From contig NIVC01002048.1 in assembly GCA_002269645.1 (NCBI GenBank), positions 107,826 through 171,273 of the forward strand: a DNA stretch of 63,448 nt. The letters run 5' to 3'. The notes beneath the pieces are model-generated. The model was not told the DNA's origin and did not search any database. It was given only the letters and a program-made list of their open reading frames with translations. This document shows positions 57,346 to 63,448 of this stretch, one piece after another. How positions within the stretch are numbered: position 1 is the stretch's first letter; each line of letters opens with the position of its first letter. Source of the stretch: Macrostomum lignano. Taxonomy: Eukaryota. Made by a program: the position numbers and the translations under genes.

Positions 57346-58231
57346 CTAGTCAATTGACTGGTATCGAAAAGAATCCTTAAACCAGACGTCACCTCTCAGT
57401 TGGTTAATCTCAGAGGGCAAGTTAAATATTGGTTCGAATTCCGGACCGTAGGCAAAAAACGGACGCCTGCCCAGCTCGTGTCTGACCATATTTAGCATGG
57501 CGCACAGATGGCTCCTTTCGTAGTTCCTTCTGATCACATTGCACAGGGTTTGAATGTACGGGCTGCCTTTATCTGTGATCCGGATTGCCTTATCACCCTT
57601 GGTGACAGCGTACGCGATGAGAAAGTCCATTTTGCTTGAACTGACCCTGCCGTATTGGGAGCTACGGAGTAGCTGCACAGAACTTTGACTGCCGGAGGAA
57701 CTCCTTGAGCCTTCGATTATTCGACATCCCTGGATAAAGAACAGCTTCGGCTTATTCTGGAGCGATCTGCAGTCGTAGAACGGGCTTATGACGTCATCCA
57801 GCTCGACATAGTTGCCATCTGAGCCCAACACTTTATCGTATTTGCCGTGCGACATGATAAAGGCCACAAAGCAGTCAAATTTTGTGTGACGATCGCTGGT
57901 GGCGAGTTTCCGAACCAGAGCCAGAAGTTCGTTGGCGTTATTGTCTCTGTGCACCTGTACTTCAAAATTTAGCGTCTCTCTGAACAGGCTCTCCAGACGA
58001 TTAACATCCTGCTGCGAGCCAGTGCGAGTTTGAGAGTCGTCGACAAACTTCTCGTTGTTGATAATGAGGCAGATCCCGCGAGGCTTGCTGCGCATCGTGT
58101 ACTGATAGCCGCGTATCGGTGGCACCACACTTGAGTTCTGGCTCGAATAGTCCGGTTCGAATAGTTCAAAACGGCCTGAATGAGTACCTCCGAAATCGAA
58201 ATCAAGCCTGCGTCCTCTGCGCGCTGGTCTA
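57346..58231 (-). CDS. Caspase catalytic domain exon (p20+p10)
   Basis: YTMRSKPRGICLIINN, RTGSQQD (S1 Arg), FIMSHG (catalytic His), KPKLFFIQGCR (catalytic Cys), MDFLIAYA and AIR..GSPYIQTLC. Confidence 0.95.
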
Positions 58232-61200
58232 CTGGAGTAGGTAGTAGAAGTTTATTAAGCAATAGTAAACGACTTTAAAAGCCTCATTTCTATACGAGCT
58301 AGGGCCATTACCTTCGTTCAGCATAGAAAACACCATGCATTAATTAAAGATTTCCACATGTCAACTATCAAAACTTCTGCACAAACACAACTCTGCTTAG
58401 CAGTCTTCCATCCTTAGAAGGCTCAAGTTTACTAGTGTTGTACTACACTCAATGGCACGGTCACAATAATTTTTCAACTTATTAATTTTGAAGACACATT
58501 TTAAAGTCCAAACCTTGTTGGAGCTGCATGGGCTGCCCAGGTACGACGCTTCTGGCTATCGAGCTGCAGCAGCACCTCAGTTGCGGCTGTCCGATTTGCC
58601 CGCATAGCAAGTTCCATTGCGTCGCCTTGGGAGCTTCTGTGGTAGATACTGGCCCCGTAGTTAGCCAGCAGTTTCAGCATGTCCGCATGGCCCTTGACGG
58701 CCGCTAGGGTAAACGCAGTGTTGCGGTTTTTTCTAGAGCTTGTCTCCAGCTCTAAATTGGCGTTGCGTTTAATCAACAGTTCGGCAAGCTCTTGAAGATT
58801 CTCCTGGGCGCAAAAGTGCAAAGCGCTAAATCCATCTGCCTCCTGGTTGTTGACGCTGGCCCTTCTATCCAGCAGAAGTATGGCGATAGCCCGACGATTC
58901 AACCAGGCGGCTCGAATCAACGGAGTCCGGCTGTCGGAGCTCTTGGCGTTGATGTCAATGGATGTCTGGTCCAGTAGGATCTTAGCGACTCGGCGGCTGT
59001 CCTGCTGCACCGCGATGTGCAACGCCGTGACGCCCAGATCCTGCTGCGCGACGTTGGGATCCGCGCCTCGATCCAGCAGCAGCCTGCAGGTGGCCTCGTC
59101 ATCGTTCCAGGTGGCCGCCATCAGGACGGTCCAGCCCGGGTCCTGCCTAATCCGCTCGTTGATGCGTCGCTGTAGGGCGCCGCCGCTGGACTCGAGCAAG
59201 TAGCGCACCTTTCTCGTATTGCCGTCCATTGCAGCTTTGAAAACCTTCGATATGGTCAGCTCGTCGGTGTTTTGCGTCGATTTTGACCTGTTTGAAATAG
59301 ATTCGAGTAAATGGTGGTTTTTTGGGATAAGATGGGTATTTCAGCATCTTGGTCAAGGTCTTTGTACAGTAGTATATAAAGTCTTTTCATTTCAGCAGGC
59401 TCTAGTTGGTGGTTCAAAATATTTAAGTTCTATTTTTTAAACGGGGTCGCTTCACAAGCTCGAAATTTGACAACCTCGAAAATTTTAGCAGCCGACTTCA
59501 AAAGCTCGAAATTTCACAACCTCGAAACCAGTTACTTTCATAAGCTCGAAATTTCACAAGCTCGAAATTTCACAACCTCGAAACCATTTTAGCAGCTTGT
59601 GAAATTGCTTTCACAAGCTCAAAACAAAACGAAACACAAGCTTCACAAGGTTCTATGATTAAAACTACGGTCTATATGACTAAGCAATAAGGTAGGGTTA
59701 AAACTGGGTTCTATGGTAAAACTATGGTCTATGATTAAAACTAGGGTCTATGGTTAAAACTAGGGTCTATGATTAAAACTAGGTTCTATGGTAAAACTAT
59801 GGTCTATGATTAAAACTAGGGTCTATGGTTAAAACTAGGGTCTATGATTAAAACTAGGGTCTATGGTAAAACTATGGTCTATGATTAAAACTAGGTTCTA
59901 TGGTAAAACTATGGTCTATGATTAAAACTAGGGTCTATGGTTAAAACTAGGGTCTATGATTAAAACTTGGGTCTATGGTAAAACTATGTTCTATGGTTAA
60001 AGCTAGAGTCTATGGTTAAAACTAGCCAGAGTCAGAGCTGAACCATTGCAACTAACAACTCCACCGCGCTAGCCTGTATACAGTCTCACATGAGCTCCAA
60101 CACGACGTTAACCGCGTCTAACTGACGTGCCCGTTTGGCCTCGTCGCAGATCTGCGGCAGCCATTCGTTGCCGGCCCATTGAGCGTCCAACTGCAGAAGC
60201 CGTCTTAGCATTGGCCTCAGGACGTCGAGATGACCGCGGACAGCTGCGAGCTTGACCGGGCAGAGCGGACTGCCGTTGCGGCCGCCGCCGCCGCTGTTCA
60301 TCAACTTGTTGAAGCCTGCCCGGCTGACAAGCAACTTGACCAACGGCCTTGCCGAGTCGAAATCTGCGCAGAAATGAAGCGGCGTCGAACCCCAGGCGTC
60401 TCTTATGGACAGCTTGGCGCCGGCGTGCAGCAGCTGGCTGACGCAGGCCTCGCTCCCGGCTTGGACTGCCGCGTGCAGGGCGGTCGTCTGGCTGGAATTC
60501 GTCGACCGAAGATTGACGTGCAAACTGGCGTTACTGCTGCGATCTCTTCTGATTGCTTCTAGAAGCAGTTTTAGCGCTTCCGGTTTATCCAATCCAGCTG
60601 CAAGCATCAGCGGTGTCTGACCCGTTGTCCGGTCCATCGCGATCGCCTGATTGACGCCTTCGCCATCGTTCAGCAGGATGTTTCGAACTCGGTCGAGCCT
60701 GTCGCTTCGGATCGCTTTGATGAGGCTGAGTTGCTTGGATCGCTTTTGCCTATTTGTGGCGGTAAAAGGTGTAAATGAGGTCGTGCTGCTTGTTTTTAGA
60801 TTTAAGTTTTTACACTTCCTAGTGAACTCCACCAGGGCCTTTTGCCCCTTCCGTATTCTTTTCATCAGGAGGCTCCTTGATGATTGACTCACCTCCCGCC
60901 AACAACTCTCCAGCTCTTCAACAGGCTGAGCAGTTCAGGCGAAGCCGGCACGCCTGCCATTTTCACTTGGTCCAAAGCTGTGCAACCCTCGCTATTTACC
61001 AGATTTGGATCAGCGCCGCTCGCGTGCAGCAGTCGCAGCATCTCAACGTGACCATTCAGAGCAGCTAAAGCAAACGCTGTGCTACTCTTGAACTCTGGCC
61101 TGGCTGTCCGATTGACCAGTTCATGTGGCGCTTTAGCCAGAATGCGCTTAGCAATCTCGCGTCTGTCCAGCTGGGCGCAAAGGTGCAACGCGGTGAAGCC

Positions 61201-61755
61201 GCTCTTTGAGGCCAGGTCAAGCCTGGCGCCACGATCGATGAGCAGGCAAGCCAGCTGGACGCTGTTCTCAAACACCGACTTCATCAGAGCGGTGAATCCT
61301 TGCTGGCTACTCTGCTGGTTCAACTGGATGTTCCTCTGGTCCAGCAGCAGTTTTGCTAGTTCGATGTGACCAAAATCGACGCAGATCATCAATGCGGTGA
61401 CGTCATTCTTAGCCAACAAGTTCACATTGGCGCCAGCGTTCAACAGTAGTTTAGCGACGCTAAATAAATTCTGCCTGGCGCAGATGTGCAACGCGCCGAG
61501 CCCCGAGCTGTCGCGATGGTCCAGCGGAGACTTCAGTTCAGTCAGCAGCCGGCAGATGTTTACATTTTCGCCATTGGTTGAAGCCGCGGCAGCCATCAGT
61601 AGGCTCCTGTTGCGATCATTTTTGTTGATCCAGCCGGGTGACAAGCCCTCGCTAAGGTAGCCTCGAACTCTACTATAATCACCTTTTCCACAGGCTTCGT
61701 AAAGTTTGTAGTAGAGCCGTTCATTAGGTGCTTTGGATGCGGATGCAGCTGCCAT
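57346..61755 (-). CDS. Predicted ankyrin-repeat/caspase fusion protein (about 20 ANK repeats plus a C-terminal peptidase C14A domain), 4 exons, about 1060 aa
   Basis: Exons 61755-60893, 60749-60090, 59287-58514 and 58231-57346; every intron is phase 2 and the joins are in frame. Donors are AG|GTGAGT, AT|GTGAGA and AAG|GTTTGG (weak); acceptors are pyrimidine-rich (..cacaaatAG, ..tttcaaacAG, ..ctactccAG). The first two joins are strong; the third is plausible but less certain. Confidence 0.72.
58514..59287 (-). CDS. Ankyrin-repeat exon 3 (about 7 repeats)
   Basis: TVLMAA, TALHIA, TPLIRA, SALHFC and TAFTLA repeats. The track ATG at 59229 lies inside the first repeat (KVFKAAMDGN), which implies an upstream splice. 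Confidence 0.88.
59455..60025. repeat. Two adjacent minisatellites inside the ANK exon 2-3 intron
   Basis: gctcgaaatttcacaa-type units (59455-59640) followed by aaaactagggtctatg[a/g]tt-type units (59650-60025). Confidence 0.88.
60090..60749 (-). CDS. Ankyrin-repeat exon 2 (about 5-6 repeats)
   Basis: TPLMLAAG, TALHAAVQAG, TPLHFCAD and PVKLAAVRGH; bounded by an AG acceptor and a GTGAGA donor. Confidence 0.88.
60893..61755 (-). CDS. Ankyrin-repeat exon 1 (about 7-8 repeats)
   Basis: LYEACGKGD, GALHICA, TALMIC, TALMKS, TALHLCA and TAFALAALNGH; ends at a consensus AG|GTGAGT donor. Confidence 0.9.
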
Positions 61756-62180
61756 CTTCTGGTCTTGCAGTGCGCAACAACCCTAGCTAGTCTGATTGTT
61801 TAGTCAACAGCTAAGCAAAAATATGCGTGTAAGCTTGGTTAGTTTTCTTAACTTAGACCTTGGCTGCAAGTCTCTATACCGCGAGATAAAGTCAGAGATG
61901 TACGAATATAAATTTCTTGGAATTACTTGGCCCTGCAGCTAAGTCGACACTAACAGAGAGAGACAGGGAAAGAGAGAGAGCGAGTGAGCAAAAGCTACCC
62001 TGGTATTTACATGTCAATCGTAATAGCGTCGCATTTATACCGTTGCATTTGTATCGCTAGGCATATAGAAGTTCCCCTTTCTCAGTATTGCATGTACATG
62101 TATTGCTTGGAAATTCAAAGCATGATCTGCGATAGTTTATCAGTTAAATCAGCTTAACTATATACTTACAATGCGCAATT

Positions 62181-62447
<267 letters not shown>

Positions 62448-62865
62448 TTAATACAATTAGCATTAAAGTCATTAATCATTTTAACTGATACTGGGGCACA
62501 AGATGCAAACTGTAAATGTCTTTTACGATCGTGAGTACAACCTTTAGCTATGTTTATTTTGAAAGGAACTTCTGCTTGTAAATTTTGATTAGATTAAAAT
62601 TGTACTTTGAAATGTGTAGTTTATTCCTCGTGTTTTTAATTGATGTCAGCGCACTTCAATTTTGCTTTGCTATAATTTTTGTTTAACTTTTCATACCATT
62701 ATTAAAGTGATAACTTTTGGCCTAATCTGGATGAAACTCAGCTGCAATAGCTATTGATCTACTAGTTGACTAGGCTAAATTTAGCTCATTAGCTCACAGT
62801 GAGCGCACTATAGCTTGCAATCATGATGCTATATTTAGCTTTGGCCAAGTACTTTCTGTCCAGTC

Positions 62866-63084
62866 ATGAATATGAAGCAGGAACTCGAAAGCAGTTGCTA
62901 CTCCAATGAGTTTTCTCTTGACGACGGCTTCATGCGACATCAGCGACGTCTGAACGGTCGACGTTCAGGTGGAACTATTCGACAAAGTTACAATTGTGGC
63001 TCGAGATGTCGAAACCGATGTTTGTCCTTGACGACCCGTCGTCTGGCAGAGCCAATTTGGCCAATCATGGGCACTTCGAAACAA
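62866..63084 (+). CDS. Candidate first coding exon of a further gene extending beyond the window
   Basis: ATG-initiated, relatively GC-rich frame ending at CAA|GTGAGT (phase 0) and followed by a microsatellite like the other introns here. I recognise no motif. Confidence 0.3.
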
Positions 63085-63229
63085 GTGAGTTCTGCAGCCA
63101 AGGCTACTCAACTATTTTAGTTTCTTGTGTGATTATTTCTTAAAGACGAATTACTAAAGTACACATATAGTACAATAATAATAGTACACATGCTTGTAAC
63201 ATCTTCGAGAGGAGATGAGAGTGGATAAC

Positions 63230-63448
63230 AGGAGAGGAGAGGAGAGGAGAGGAGACGAGAGGAGAGGAGACGAGAGGAGAGGAGAGGAGAGGGAGGAGAG
63301 GAGAGGAGGAGGAGAGGAGAGGAGACGAGAGGAGAGGAGACGAGAGGAGAGGAGACGAGAGGAGAGGAGAGGAGAGGAGAGGAGAGGAGAGGGAGAGGAG
63401 AGGAGAGGAGACGAGAGGAGAGGAGACGAGAGGAGAGAGACGAGAGGA
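63230..63448. repeat. (GGAGA)n polypurine microsatellite, truncated by the window end
   Basis: Direct reading, with gacga variants. Confidence 0.95.

Noticed and set aside
60889-60892. Prokaryote-style overlapping stop/start (GTGA) suggesting a translationally coupled ANK operon or bacterial HGT
   Set aside because: The overlap is a consensus AG|GTGAGT splice donor with a matching in-frame acceptor 143 nt downstream.
61741-61755. N-terminal Ala of the ANK-caspase (M-AAAS) as an IAP-binding motif
   Set aside because: It lacks the P3 Pro and P4 hydrophobic residue of AVPI-type motifs.
48000-62000. Endogenous large DNA virus or Polinton carrying IAP, caspase and ankyrin genes
   Set aside because: No polymerase, integrase, capsid, ATPase or bounding TIRs were seen, and the ANK-caspase has spliceosomal introns. 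It cannot be excluded for the IAP/NHL pair but is unsupported here.

Overview
Animal (metazoan) genomic DNA with GC-rich exons and GT-AG introns filled with micro- and minisatellites. The style suggests a free-living flatworm such as Macrostomum, but that is inference only. Most long ORFs in the track are artefacts of tandem repeats, and several real genes are missing from it. Reconstructed by hand from splice sites and exon phases: (1) a YjeF_N/NAD(P)H-hydrate epimerase-family gene carrying five small frameshifting indels (90-1682,+); (2) an 11-exon invertebrate dopamine-transporter-like SLC6 gene (4555-22168,-); (3) a 4-exon coiled-coil gene (31775-37719,-) with a TSD-flanked, 5'-truncated RNase H LINE in an intron; (4) a PIERCE1/C9orf116-like ciliary gene with one frameshift (39988-40549,-); (5) a five-exon selenoprotein K gene with an in-frame UGA (42148-46637,+) and a type II SECIS about 1.9 kb downstream; (6) a compact cell-death/immunity block made of an uninterrupted BIR-BIR-UBA-RING IAP, an uninterrupted Zn-finger/coiled-coil/NHL protein and, facing them, three ankyrin ORFs plus a caspase ORF. 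Those four ORFs join through three phase-2 introns into one predicted protein of about 1060 aa (about 20 ankyrin repeats plus a caspase). This ANK-caspase with its linked IAP is the best candidate for an undescribed system. Also present are several MITEs, a tRNA-derived SINE-like element and about 30 tandem arrays, some forming inverted pairs around exons. No CRISPR, rRNA or intact tRNA was found. All family assignments come from motif recognition and recalled reference sequences, not database searches.
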